Below, one piece after another: positions 13,408 through 26,197 of a stretch of 64,000 bases of DNA. The DNA is taken from positions 12,028,001 through 12,092,000 of the forward strand of contig NC_092351.1 of the NCBI RefSeq assembly GCF_963676685.1. Direction: 5' to 3'. A program made the position numbers and the translations under genes. Source of the DNA: Mytilus edulis (lineage: Eukaryota). Positions within the stretch are counted from its first letter, which is position 1. Every line of letters begins with the position of its first letter. The notes below the pieces were generated by a model that did not search any database, was not told the origin of the DNA, and saw nothing but the letters and a program-made list of their open reading frames with translations.

Positions 13408-13557
13408 CAGGAGCGGATCCAGAAATTTAAAAAAGGGGGTCCTAACCCAGGATAAAGGGGAAGGGGTCCAACTATATGTCCCCATTCAAATGCATTGATC
13501 GTCCCCCCCCCCCAAAAAAAAGTGGGGGTTCAACCCCCCTTTTTTTATCCGCCACTA
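13408..13557. mobile_element. MITE, 5-bp TSD
   Basis: CAGGAGCGGATCC ... ATCCGCCACTA; TSD GGTAA; body matches 3641-3807. Confidence 0.78.
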
Positions 13558-14655
13558 GGTAAACACGACCAATCAAATAATTCAATTATATATGTTGTGT
13601 ACAAGATGTAAGTTTGTACAGTCTTTTTGTACAAGTTATAAGTTTTTGACACCTACCTTCTTGCAACGTGTTATAGAAGTTTATCCTCTCAAATGTATCA
13701 GTTTAATGTCTTTAATTCAAACTCATATACTTCAATTTAACATTAAGTGCTATTCTCATTGTCCTGAACCTGGAAATTAGGATACCTGAATGGTTTAAAT
13801 TCTTATTTTCTTTTTCTCCGTATACCAAAAACATATCAATAAAAATCCGTTTGTGTCCTTGTAAAGTCTTTTGTATCAATGTTCAATATTAGAGTGTATT
13901 ATAATAGTTGTGGAAATAAGACAGAAACATGCGAAATAAAAGACTGTGTGATTGCATCATTCAATTATGTTAAGCGGTTCATAAAAACACTGATAACTTG
14001 TATATAAGAAAAATAACATTACAACTTGTACACAACAATCCTGGTCCTTTTGTATTCCACATATAACATACAATAACCATTAATGTCACCTGTTACCTAA
14101 TCTGTAAGTTCCGTCTCTTTCAGGTGCACCACCAAATGGTGTATTTGGGACTATATATGTGTCATATTCAAAACAGAACTTTGGATTCAAACTACTTAAT
14201 TCAATCATTGTCACCTGTAGTATCCAGTTGTAGTAAGAAAACCATGCAGGACGGGTTCAAAATTTTTAATTTTAAATTTTTAAAGAAGAAAGCCTCAAAT
14301 CCCTTTGAGGTACAACTTAAGAGAGATCCATATACTTTCATAAAAGTTATTTTCCGGAAACTACAAAAAGGCTTGTTTTGGCCCCCTTTTTGGTCCCCAA
14401 TTCCTCAACTGTTGGTACCACAATCCCAAAAATCAATTCCAACTTTCCTTTTGTGGTAATGAACCTTCTTGTAAAATTGCAAGGAGATCCATTCACTTTT
14501 AACTAAACTCATAGCATTATACGAACCCCAAAAAAATGTTGCGGTCGTATAAAAATCCAGGTTATAAGTAAGGTGTACTAGGTAAAAGTAGTAGTAGTAA
14601 ATATAACGACAAACACCGCCTGAAAGGAGATAATATATTATAGCACATGATTTGC

Positions 14656-15029
14656 TTAAAGATGTACTTAGGTGATCTAAGGTAAAATTAAATAAATCAA
14701 GAAATCAAAATTAATACTTTAAGCTGGAAGAGTATTAGTTAAGTCTTAGAAACAAAATAAGCTAAAAATATTGATAAGTCATGGAGCTCCTTTTCGAGAT
14801 ATTTTATCTTATATTTGCAATGGTTTTACTTGGGTCTCAAGTTAAAGGAAAGAAAATCAAGAATCTGTTTAAATTTTGTGAAATGAGCTTTAATGAGCTA
14901 TTAAGCCTTATGTTAAGAGATAAATAGGTGTTATGGAGCAAATTATTTTACCTTGTATCGTATGGAAAAACACATAGGAGTCCGAACATTTGACACTTAT
15001 TCCAAAACCTCACCTAAGTACTTAGTTAA
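14656..15029. mobile_element. TTAA-flanked MITE (Kolobok-like)
   Basis: TTAA-AGATGTACTTAGGTGA ... TCACCTAAGTACTTAG-TTAA. Confidence 0.6.
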
Positions 15030-15049
15030 GCTTTTTAAATAAGTGTCAA

Positions 15050-15724
15050 ATGACCTAGATACGACAACTGTTCAAACTCCTCCCTCTGAAAATCACGTTA
15101 CCAGTTGTTTGCTGATTTACAAACAAAAACAAAAGGAGGTTCACAGACGACACAAAGGTGAACAACCAGATAAAATTTCTAATTTTTTTTATGATACCTA
15201 TCAATTAATAATGTACATCTCATTAGGGACTTTCATTTGCTTTTTTTCATTTTCCTATTACACGTATCTTCTGTTATGTGTTTTTTGGCATTTTTTGGGT
15301 GTTTTTTTTCGTCTCTCTATATGTATATATTTCTTAGTAACTCAGTCAACCATGTTCGTCAAAGTTTCATATAATTACTCGCCAAAACGTAATACTAAAA
15401 ATAAATTAAGGACTGAAAGTATATATACATAATATTTATGTTATATGAATTTAAGGCGCAATTACAGCATAAGCAAGCCGCCTACCAACACCAAGAACAA
15501 CAAAATTTACACTTATACACATCGGACATAGAAATAACCTTAACTAATCAGAATCGAAGTAATTGATGCAAGCTATATTTCATTGTAGTTTTAAAATGGG
15601 TAGGCATTATATTCGTGTTATTTTAACCCTCACTATCGCTCGGATAAAATACTTACCAATATAATGCCTACCCATGTTAAAACTACACTAAAGTATAGCT
15701 TGCATATGATCAATTATTTCTTAG
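15050..15724. mobile_element. Dispersed element ending in a ~170-bp hairpin
   Basis: Palindrome 15555-15724; homologous sequence, including the hairpin, at 49880-50232. Confidence 0.65.
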
Positions 15725-16485
15725 GTGTTTTCCCGGACTAGAATATTGATCGAGACACATCCATCTGATTTAGTATAACGACTTCTTAAGCAATCAATCA
15801 ATCAGTAACAGTCGTGAGAAGAAACAATGAATATAGAAGTTTCCAGTACCAATGTAATACAACGAGTTGTGCTCTTTGTTGCAGAAAGTGGATAGATTTA
15901 TGTAGATACATTAATGGTGTGCATATGGTCAGGATTTAGATTTTTATTGATATAATTTTGCTCTTTTGTGATATAGGTGAACTTTGTCATTTTTTTGTAG
16001 TTTATACTTGTATATATAAGGGGTTCATAGCGTTTCCGGATAAGTCCTCATACAGCGAACAATAGACCAATGTGCTCTCATGTCCAACTTTGTGTATTTT
16101 AAATCATCACTTTGCATCAGCGGGGGCATCATTTGTGTCTCCCGGACACAATAATGTCTCAAAGAAAGTCATACATTGAATTTGTTGTAATAGATTTTCA
16201 GAGTGGCGTGCGAGGGGCATCACATACTCTAGTTTTTATGAATTCTTCTGCCGATTCAGGAACTGGAATTCGATTAAGAGTTTAGATAGAAATGTTTGAT
16301 TTTAATTTTATACAGTGTGCTAATGTGATACATTTGATCGGTATAATTTAAGTAGAATGAAATTTAGTGAAAATATCTAATAAATTTGAATGTAAGATTT
16401 ACTTCTTTAATAGCAATAATTCTACAATTGTGTTTCTACCAAAACGATAAATGTAAATATAATCCGTTCAAATGTTTAATGCAAT

Positions 16486-19400
16486 TCATCGCAAAAAGTC
16501 AAACTCTGCCTTTGTTTCTTCTCCTGTTGTTTTGTTTACAGCGCGCACCTGTAGCTCGGTTCTCCCAAAAATCATTTTAACGCCTACTTTACGGTTCTTT
16601 CCCCCTGTGGTGTCGGGCATTTGGACATTCAATTCACCATGATACATACAACCAGGGTCAGTGGTATATCTTGGATTTTTATGTAATGATGTCCAAATTT
16701 CTACTCTCATCGCTGTTTGGTTTGAACGGCAGGGTACGTAAACTTGTTCCCCAAACTCTTCATCTAATCCAGCGGGTTGTCCGATTTCTACGTGCCTATC
16801 AAAACGATCAGAACATAAGACGTCGCCTTCTTCTATCACTTTCTTATCTTCTGGGTCTACTCCTTCTTTGAATGGCGAATTAGTCTTAACTCCATACGTT
16901 GCTTTACATATTCTAGAAGAAATGATCCTCGGTTCGAAACCGAACTGGACTGCTCCCTTCAGAACCGCCAATCCAGCTTCATCTGGAATGATAATGATTT
17001 TTCCCGGGAACGCGCTCTCAACTGCATCACGTAACATGGGAGATTCGGAAAATCCTCCCACCATTAATATAATATTTGTTCCTCTTACTTTCGGGTCACC
17101 AAATATTTCTTCCAAATGTGTTGTAATGTGGTCACATGGTGTTTTAAAAAGTTCTCTTGCCGAGTCTGCTTCCATTCGAAGCTTGTCACCAACCCATGTA
17201 ACACGTTTCGTTGACCTTGACATAGATTCCTTTAAATCTTGACCAGTTTCTTTTTCGTGTGCTTCTTTTAAGGATATTGGTACTTTGAATGTAACCTTTG
17301 ATGACGAGTCTGGTCTGATACTTCGCTTTTTAATTTCAAATTCTCTGAGGAGATCAAGATGTCCAGCTTTGTCGTCTTCTCGAAAGCGGGAAATGGCTGG
17401 TGCTCCTAATAAATCTACCAAGAATTCCTCGAAAGCTTCGTCCACTTTGGTTCCACCCCAATCACCCCCATTGGCCATGTACAGTTGTTTGATAGTGCCG
17501 TCAGTTTGTACTTCCTGTACTGTGATATCTATTGTACCTCCTGTTAATAATATTTTACAATGTATGTTTATTATGTGAAGAGACTAACAGTAATATTATA
17601 ATTTTAGAAACATTGAGCAATTGACGGATAATCATTTTATTCAAAGGAGTACTAGGTCCGGTAAGGGCCGGTTTTGGCCTCAAATTTCAAGTTCATCTTA
17701 CGAAAGACTTTGGACACTTTTTAAGCACTTAAATGTCTATTTCAATTGATTCAATTATTTTTTGTGAAAGGTTTTAACTGATTTACACATTAAAAACGCT
17801 CCAATTCTAGCTTAAATGTGAAAAATCTATCAAATATGCCAAAAACTGTCACTTTTCATGTGGTTTTTGTCAAAATTGAAAGTGGCCGCATCCGTGTTCA
17901 TCCTCGACCTTTATATATGTTATGTATTATCATTAAACACAACTTACATTTCAATATCAAGAATGAACACGAATGCGGCCACTTTCATTTAAGACGGAAA
18001 CCGTCTTAAATTTAACTAAAATGCTGAAATTGTGAAGATTTCAGTAATTTAGCATGATTTAATGATGCAAGTACTCGATATATGTGCATTGTTATGCCAA
18101 AAACAGCCCATATTTATGTAGCAGAGGCATTATACCTTCCAAAAAATAACTAAAAGTTTACATTTAAACAATTTTGTTAAACTGCTATATTTTGGGGCCA
18201 AAAAGGGGTCTTACTGAACCTACTTGTTTCACAATACGGATACTTAGAGTTATCACCAAGGACAGAGTTTACTTCTAGGTAATTTAACTCTTTCCTTTTT
18301 TGTAATTTTTCGTTTCTTCTTATTTGGTTTCAGGTTTTTTTTCTTTCCTATTTTACTTAAACTATTCTAACTTTCTGAACATTCATTTTTCTTCACTTAA
18401 ATGTACATGTAAATATCAGAAAGTTGGAAACAGTCCGTTATATGTTTGTTCTTAATAACAACTGAATAAACCAACCTCCAGCATCCAGAATAAGGTATTT
18501 AGTTCCGGGAGAAAAGGCATCTAGAGTTGATTTCCCGCCACAAACCATTCTCTCACTAGGGATATGTTTGCAGTAGATAGAAGCTGATTCAGGTTCAAGA
18601 GCCAGCATTAACTGACTGTTAGGTATACCGCCCTAAAATTGCAAGCACAATACAACTTTGAATTAAAAATAGACATTTTCTATCAATATACGATGTATCC
18701 GGTTAATTAAGCAGTTTTTTGTTTCGAATATAAATTTGTGAAGATCGTATCTAATTCAATCTCATCACACCAGTTATACAATGTATCAAAAGAATCTCAT
18801 CAGATGAAATTATTTTGCTGCGTACTCGATTTTATATAAAAAAAGATTTATTTGTCAAATATACATCTCATATAAATAATTCGGTTGTATAATCATCAAA
18901 TGACTATAGTTTCTAATGATAAAATATTGAATTAGTTTAAACATATTTATTTATAGTGGATTGGGAAACAAGTTATTGTAACTTATAGTAATCCCTTTCC
19001 ACTTTGCGGGTGCGAGTGATGCCTTGTAGCGGCATTAGCCTACATTTTTCCGAAATCTACAAGGATGTCTTTTACGTGCAATAGATATGACTCTCTCTTA
19101 ACACGGGTCAGCCGTTTATCGTCCCCTTCCGACGGACTATCATCGTTTCCTCAAGACCATACTCGCAAATGGTGTCACGGGAGAGCCGAAAATTCAGTCC
19201 CTGAAATTTTTATCTCGGAACGGGAAACGAACCAGGAACCTTTGTGTTAGTAGTCCGATGCACTAACCACTACACCACGGCTCTCTGTTATATTGAATTA
19301 CAAGATGCATCTTAGCTTTGTTAAACATTTAAAGGACATGACATGTTTTGACAAAAATATTGGTACCATTGACATAAAGCTAGGTTCACACTGCCGATCA

Positions 19401-21802
19401 GATCAACTCGATGATCCCGATTGTCCAAATTTCCACGACCAAGCGAAACCAAATTCTTGATCGGGACTGTTTACGACTTCTAACCGACTGCTATCCGACT
19501 GTACACGAACTTAACTAGACCATTCACGACTCCTTGAAGACTCCATCACGACTCCAACCCGACCACTAATTGAATACATATACGATGATTCCGACCAATT
19601 CACGATCTTTACTAGACTAGCTAGACCAAATCAACTATACTCGATCTCAGCCGGAACTCGGCCAGACCAGATCGACTTGATCGTGAAGAGGTCGTAGGGA
19701 AAGTCGGGCATTGGTCGGGTATGTACAATTTTAGTATAAAACGTCTGAATTTTTAATATCACCCGCTGCAGCGGAGATAGCATTGAGTGTTACCCTTGTC
19801 CGTCCGTAAGTACGTTTGCCTCAATAAAATTCTATGAAACGTTTGAGCAATGCTTAATACCATAAAACACAGATCAAGTGCGAATTTGGGTGGCGTCACT
19901 TTTATCATTCTTTGGTAATGACTCTTTATAGCGTTATATACAAGCTGGGGCATTATCTGTGTCCCATATAGACACATTCTCTGTTTATTTGGTTAGATTC
20001 AGTAGTTCACAGAATGTCTGAGAAAAATTATACATTTAAAGTATCTACATGGAAATAAAGCATTTTGGATTATTTGTCAAGGTGGTTAGAGCTCAGATAG
20101 ACAAATTAATAGCTGTGACGGAACTTGCAGAGAAAATAGAAGACAAACAAAAAGGGGTAGACTGCTGTTTGTCTTCTCGTCGGCTTTTGTTTTTCGCTAT
20201 GGCTGTGTCGGTTTGTTTTCGACAATTGAGTTTGATTGTTCCTTTAGTATCTTTTATCTCTCTTTTAAAATTTTACACCTCCTTGCAAAAGTACAGACGC
20301 GTACTGTACATGGAGGAATTTGTGTATAGTTAAGAAATAAATAGAGACAATATAGTTTTGTAGAAGCAAAGTTACGGGAGTTAATCAGAGCTGCACACAT
20401 ATTTCGAGAATCGTGTATGGCCGAGTAGAGATCGAAGAGTGGTCGAATGTTGTCGCGTAGAGATCGGTTATTGGTCGAGTTGGTCTGGGATGAAAAAATA
20501 TAGAATTCGCAGTGATTATGAAGTGATCGGGCATCTGGACCACATATCGAACAAATTGGCGTTGATCGGGAAATGATCGGAAATAAGTCGAGCAAAGATC
20601 GAAATGATCGAGTACTGATCGGTAAACAATTTGTATTCCGACCAAACTCGACCTCTACATGATACTTTCCAGATCAATTCGACCACTACTCTACAAATTC
20701 TCGATCTCTTCTCGAGTGACTAGCTTCTCGATTCTTACTCGAATGTTTTTGACATGTCAAAAACTCTCGGATAGAAAGACAGATCGATGACGACCCTAGG
20801 TAGACTACCCCGAACATTCTTGACGATTGAGTCAGACCAGTTTCCTGATCGCTCATTTTGTCTTGATCGGGATTGATCGAGTTGGTCTGATCGGCAGTGT
20901 GAGCTTTAAAACACCAGTTGGCAGTACCAAACTTCTTCGAAAAGCCGACCTACTTAGACAAACAAAATGGTCCAAATTACCTGACGGCCATTGCATTCAT
21001 GCTGATAAAACTATACAACCCAGATGAGAAAAATGAAAGACAAAAGAAAAAATATTTTCATGTATATACCTTAACAGCTGCCTCTCTCATAAATTGTTTA
21101 GCAGCGTCACTCCATATGGCAGGGACAGTTAAGACCCAGTTAATCTCGGTAGGTCTTATCACATCCTGTCCTTTCTTACTAAGTGTCCTCATTAAATGTT
21201 CCCTCATAAACTTTATACTTTCCGATATCACCTTCATTGCTGGGAGAAGTTTACCTTTGTCATCTTCTAACATTAAGTCACGTGGAATTTCCTAGATACG
21301 AAATTAAATAAAAAAATCTTACTTAACAATAAATTCATGCATAATAAGGCAAGCATAATAAAGATAGTTTCTACCTTTGACTCTTTTTTTATATAGTTCT
21401 AAACTCATAATTCAATCATATATGTAAAATTGTATTTGTTTTTAAATTTCCTACTTATAGAAAATCTTCTGTACGGTATATTACCTGGCTTTTGTATAAG
21501 TTCATTTTAAATCGACGGAAGTAGTACCAGTTTGCGTGGTCCTCTTCTTGTGCCAGTTCTGTGTATTTGTCTTCAGCCTCGATTCCAAACGAATAAAAAT
21601 TTTGAGCGGGATCAAACAAAACACATGTTGGAGTTTTCAGTGACAGTCCAGCATTTGACCCAGTGGTCCAGCTGAATCCATGAATCCTCAGTGGGTCCTC
21701 CTTGAAGTCTGCTCGAGTCTGGAAGGCGTATCCAGAAAAGGTGGTACCGAAATCAATGGCGGCCACTAACAAAGGTTCTGACACAACTTCTGCACAAGCC
21801 AT
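16486..21802 (-). CDS. HSPA12: HSPA12-like atypical Hsp70, paralogue 3 (complete, ~583 aa)
   Basis: Exons 21802-21485, 21291-21070, 18632-18476 (GGIPNSQLMLALEPESASIYC...LDAG), 17540-16486. GT-AG, 1752 nt in frame, same HSPA12 motifs. Confidence 0.93.
17643..18225. mobile_element. MITE in intron 3 of HSPA12 paralogue 3 (Kolobok-like)
   Basis: Imperfect TIRs TAGGTCCGGTAAGGGCCGGTTTTGGCCTCAAA / TTTTGGGGCCAAAAAGGGGTCTTACTGAACCTA; internal palindrome AAAGTGGCCGCAT...ATGCGGCCACTTT. Confidence 0.6.
18935..19289 (-). mobile_element. Full-length tRNA-derived SINE
   Basis: Minus-strand head GAGAGCCGTGGTGTAGTGGTTAG (A box) ... GGTTCGTTTCCC (B box); A-rich tail; 11-bp TSD ATATTGAATTA on both sides. Confidence 0.85.
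19378..20905. mobile_element. Non-autonomous DNA transposon (PIF/Harbinger-like) with internal insertions
   Basis: TIRs TCACACTGCCGATCAGATCAACTCGAT / ATCGAGTTGGTCTGATCGGCAGTGTGA; TAA/TTA flanks; CGA/TCG-rich arms; unrelated AT-rich sequence at ~19730-20370, including a Helentron-like HINE piece at 19755-19985. Confidence 0.7.
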
Positions 21803-24009
21803 TATTATTGTATGTAAACAAACAGCAGAAACCAGTATAAATACAATCCTGTCCAAGAGTTTTATTACATCTGAAAGAAAGAGAAGGCCCATTTTCTTTT
21901 TGTTTCTAATTACATTTTTTATTAATATACAGGACAGTACCAACAAGAAGACTAATACAACCGCCTATTCTGGCACACAAATTGATTAATTCAGATATTT
22001 TTTTCATGATGAGCAAAAGATACATTTCTAATACATTGCTTTAAAATGTATCCATTATCATTTTTTTGGATACAAAGATCTTATGATCATCCAACCTCCA
22101 ATTAAAAATAATTTATTCTTAATATTAATTAACATAATATTAATCCAAATTATATTACTTTCGATTGAGTAACAAAAACTAAAGATGTCAACCAAAAAAA
22201 AATATACTAGTATATGGACCATTGTTCTCCCCCCCCCCCCCCCCCCCCCTGATACTTTTTCCGGGAGTAAGAACTGGATCGATCCAGTCTCCCCCCTCGG
22301 AAAAAAAATTACATGATCCCACTTTCCCTACTCGGTGTGACGAGGAACCAGGGTCAGGCCTACCCCCTGCCGAGTAATACGAAAAGCTCATTTCACCCTT
22401 GTACGTAGTAACATCGGCAACGTCCGTTGGAAATCAATTATCCATAGTAACCTTCTTTAACGTTACCAAGCAAGTATCGTGGACACATATACAAACCAGT
22501 TATCATAATAACAGACTGTCGGACCCATAGACATACATGTTGACAGGCTATTAAAAACATATATATATACCAGTGTATGACCATGTCCAATGACTGGTAT
22601 GGAGGAGACACACAGACTGGTGAACATGAAGACAGACTTGAAGGCATATCGACAGACTGGTTGGTAAAAACACAATGTGGAGAACATGTAAACGGATTTG
22701 GGGACACATACACAGATTGAAAGCTATGTTTTTAGACTACTGAACATAAAGTAAGACTGATTGACATTTAGACAGGCGAGTGGAAATGCAGAAATGAACT
22801 CAGATAAGGGGAAATGTGATGAAATCACTATACTGTCTGACATGCTCAAGCTAAAGTACACAGATGGCTGCACATACTTTAAGGTAAATGTTTAACGTAG
22901 GATAACTTCTTTAAATAAGTTCTATACCAATGTCTGTTTTTCAGGATGTTAAATATATTGATAAATAGAAAGTTTCAGTCTATCGTATATCAATGGATGG
23001 CAATTTTGTTTAACAAATTATTAACATCGGAATAATTTTTTTCGAATGCAAACGGCAAAATAAAGATCCCCACCCAAACTCCCCGAACCCTGATCTTTCT
23101 TGTAACAAGCGTGTCATCTAATGTAACACAATTTGTACTAAAAATTTCGTATATGCAACAGACATGACAGACAGACAGACATGATATAGTTGACTGTAAA
23201 AAAGTACAGACAAACAGACAGACAGACAAACAGACAGTAGTACTGTCTGTTTACTTTTATACATATGAATATCTATATAATCAAATTTTATTTTCCATGA
23301 TCATCTGCAATTTATTTGCCTTAAATGACATACATGTATATTGAAGCATTAACAGTAAGTCTAAAAATACTATAAATTGACCAATTTATTCATCCATCGA
23401 AAGTGGAAGTTAAAAGGAGGAGGTACCAGATCTGTTGCTATGTAAACCATCTTCACATTTAATCCAAGGAACATGCAATCACCCTTCTGAACGTATGAAG
23501 TTGATGTCTTATTGCATTCAAAGTGAGTCATTTGAGGGTTATGCACTACAGCTAGCCTATCATTCATATTGTTTTGCTTTACAGTTATCACTGAAAACTA
23601 ATGGAAATCGAAAGTAGAAATATGAATAGAATAATAATCCTTATCTTTTACATTTTTCTTAATTTCAGAGCTTAAAAAGAATCAAAATATTAAAACCTAC
23701 CTTGCCTGTTGTCCAAGAGATTAAAGATGATCTCTCATTGTTGTTTTATTACTGTGTAATCTCGAACGGATCAGGTACGTTAACACGGAAGGTAAATTCA
23801 GTCAGGTGTGTTAATATTGATTTCACTGTTACAGTAAATCCTGGCTTTAACGAAGTTTAAATTGTAACGATACACAAGTTTTTGCTTTGATTTATTTATA
23901 TAATAAAATATAACAAATAAGAAAAACTGTGAAATTATCCAATGAAAACATTCATTTACAAAGCAAATGCATATGATTAAACTAATCTGCCCAAATTGGA
24001 AAGTGAGAA

Positions 24010-24373
24010 AATATCGTAGTGGTAAAATAATGACAAAAGTCGACAGTCAGTAGCGTATCTAGAAATTTTTGTAAGAGGGGGCACGCTGACTGCCTTGGAA
24101 TGGGCCTGCTGCAGTTATGCTTCAGTGATTCCATATAAAATCAACCATTTCTTTCCGAAAAAAGGGGGGACTCGGGCCCCCTCCCCCCTAAATCCGCCTC
24201 TGGTAGTTAACTTCGTAAATGAGAATACAATATTCAAATATCTACAAAGGCATTCATGATTTTAAGCAGACCATGTTTCAGTGTAAAGTTTTAAGTTCTA
24301 ATATCGATTTTCGTTGACAAGTATATTAAAATTAGTTAACATAACTTATAAATACTACACATGCCTCATTCCC
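24010..24373 (+). repeat. Left arm of ~360-bp inverted duplication (partner 26879-27241)
   Basis: Near-exact reverse complement of 26879-27241, including the embedded MITE. Confidence 0.92.
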
Positions 24374-24825
24374 TTCAACGGTTGATTGAATTTTGATTGC
24401 TGATAATTTGAAATCTTTGATATCACTGATTGTTATATGAATTGTCTTTGATGGATTAATAATGAAAATAACATTTTTCTCAAATAAAATTTTTACAAAG
24501 TTATTGCCAAACTGTACAAGCCGTCCGACAACCCACTAGACAACGTTCAGCCGCTGCAGTAAAGAATTTTAGATCAAGTAACACTTTGAACTTTGAACAC
24601 TTTCTTATGTATAACTTTAGTGCTCCTAATGTATCATTTTTATTGATCAAATCATGTGTGGAAATGTAAAGTAAAAGGACGTGTGATAGTGATTTCCTAG
24701 TAACGTAATTACATACAGATACTAACTTAGTTCTCAATAGTTCGTAAATATTCGGCGAAATTGTAGACTGACTTCAACATATTCAATTAAATACACACAA
24801 CACAACACTATAATAAAAAATAAAA

Positions 24826-24912
24826 ATCAGGGCGAACGGTCTCAGGGCGAAACGGAACTAGGGCGAACAGTAACTAGGGCGAACCGAAATCAGGGCGGAC
24901 GGACCCGGATTC
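24826..24912. repeat. DNA-transposon terminus with AGGGCGAAC subterminal repeats
   Basis: Five AGGGCG(A/G)A units ending ACCCGGATTCC; CCCTTCAACG direct repeat at 24371 and 24913. Confidence 0.55.
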
Positions 24913-25025
24913 CCCTTCAACGAAGTAATTCAGAAACAGAGAAAAATAAAATATTGTTTTTTGAATGATGAGTAGTAGAGAGAGAGATGTTTTATGCAAC
25001 CGCAAAACGCAGGGCGCTAGGGCGC

Positions 25026-25497
25026 TGACGTCATATGCCCAATGCCCCGCCCCCAATATTATATATGGGCATAAATATACTAGTTCTTATGACGTCAGCG
25101 GAAGTAAGGAAGGTCATGACTAGGTGCGACCATGAGTCATCAGGATGCAAGATCGGGGCATGACTCACTACATGAGTTATCAGGATGCAATATCAGGGCA
25201 TGACTCACTAAATGACAATACCATGACTCATCGTCGAAAGAACCACATATGACCATATAAGGAAATAACCCATAGTATGATATGACCATATAAGGAAAAC
25301 ATGTCCAAATAAGGTCAACACTTTATTTTCACTCAGAAACCGAGATGAACGCATATGACCATATAAGGAAATAACTCAGAGTATCAAATGACCATATTAG
25401 GAAAATATGTCCAAATAAGGTCAACACTTTATTTTCACTCGAAAATCGAAATAAACACACATGTCCATATATGGAAGTATGATATGACCATATAAGG
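25026..25497. promoter_or_regulatory. Dense CArG/AP-1/CRE/ETS/GC-box array in the Polinton terminal region
   Basis: CC(A/T)6GG at 25253, 25286, 25305, 25359, 25392, 25411, 25465, 25488; TGA(C/G)TCA at 25133, 25161, 25201, 25224; TGACGTCA at 25026, 25090; CGGAAGT 25099; CCCCGCCCCC 25045. Confidence 0.6.
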
Positions 25498-25695
25498 AAA
25501 ATATGTTCAGACAATGTATGTCATTCAAAAATCAACCTCTTGAAAGCGATGGAGAGGGGAGGCAACTCGGGAAATGGGAGATAACTCTAGACGAACCGAC
25601 ATTGGTCTAGTATATCATTCTGTTTAATCATATATAATAGGAAGGAGTGATGTATGGCGTCCACAATAACGACGTGTCTAGTTTTAAACGCTTAT

Positions 25696-26060
25696 TTATT
25701 CACAAACAAATTCATTGTGTCTGTATTTGACGAAATGTATGCAGTACAATCCACAACTGTCGCCGTCTTCGGGCTGCACTCGCACCCGACTGAACTTTTA
25801 TCGGGGTCCGTTGGCGACCAACACGTCTCTGAAGCGAGATCGATACTTTTCTGGCGCTCGACCGAACGAATCGAAAAATTCGACGGGTCCCTCTCGCAGG
25901 AAGTGGAACGCCACCCAGTGAATGCCCTTGCCGTCGCAGTCGTCCGTGTTGACGACGAAACTGCGGGGTCTGTTCGAGACTTCATCCGGCAGTTCATCGG
26001 TACAACACACGGTCGCCGGCAGGTCTTCGAGATAACACTCCAGTTCGTATCCGTAGGTTC
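25696..26060 (-). pseudogene. Adenain-like (peptidase C5) capsid maturation protease, premature stop
   Basis: VVNTD...GIHWVA...EFFDSFG, then after an in-frame TAA (25798-25800) KFSRVRVQPEDGDSCGLYCIHF: His/Asp/Gln/Cys catalytic residues are present. Confidence 0.88.
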
Positions 26061-26197
26061 CCTCCACGCCGTCGTCTTCCGTTCTGCATCGTTTGGCGGA
26101 TGGTTCGTCGATCGCCACTGTCCCTCTCTTGATGGATCTCGAGTCCCCGGGCGTGCGCAAATACCAGTTCGCATGCGCGGCAAGCCATCAGGTCCGA

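Noticed and set aside
19215-19289. tRNA gene on the minus strand
   Set aside because: It is the head of a TSD-flanked SINE; the cloverleaf is broken.
22190-23260. Distinct element with GC-rich ends and GACA microsatellite
   Set aside because: Probably a repeat, but I could not define termini, a TSD or a second copy.
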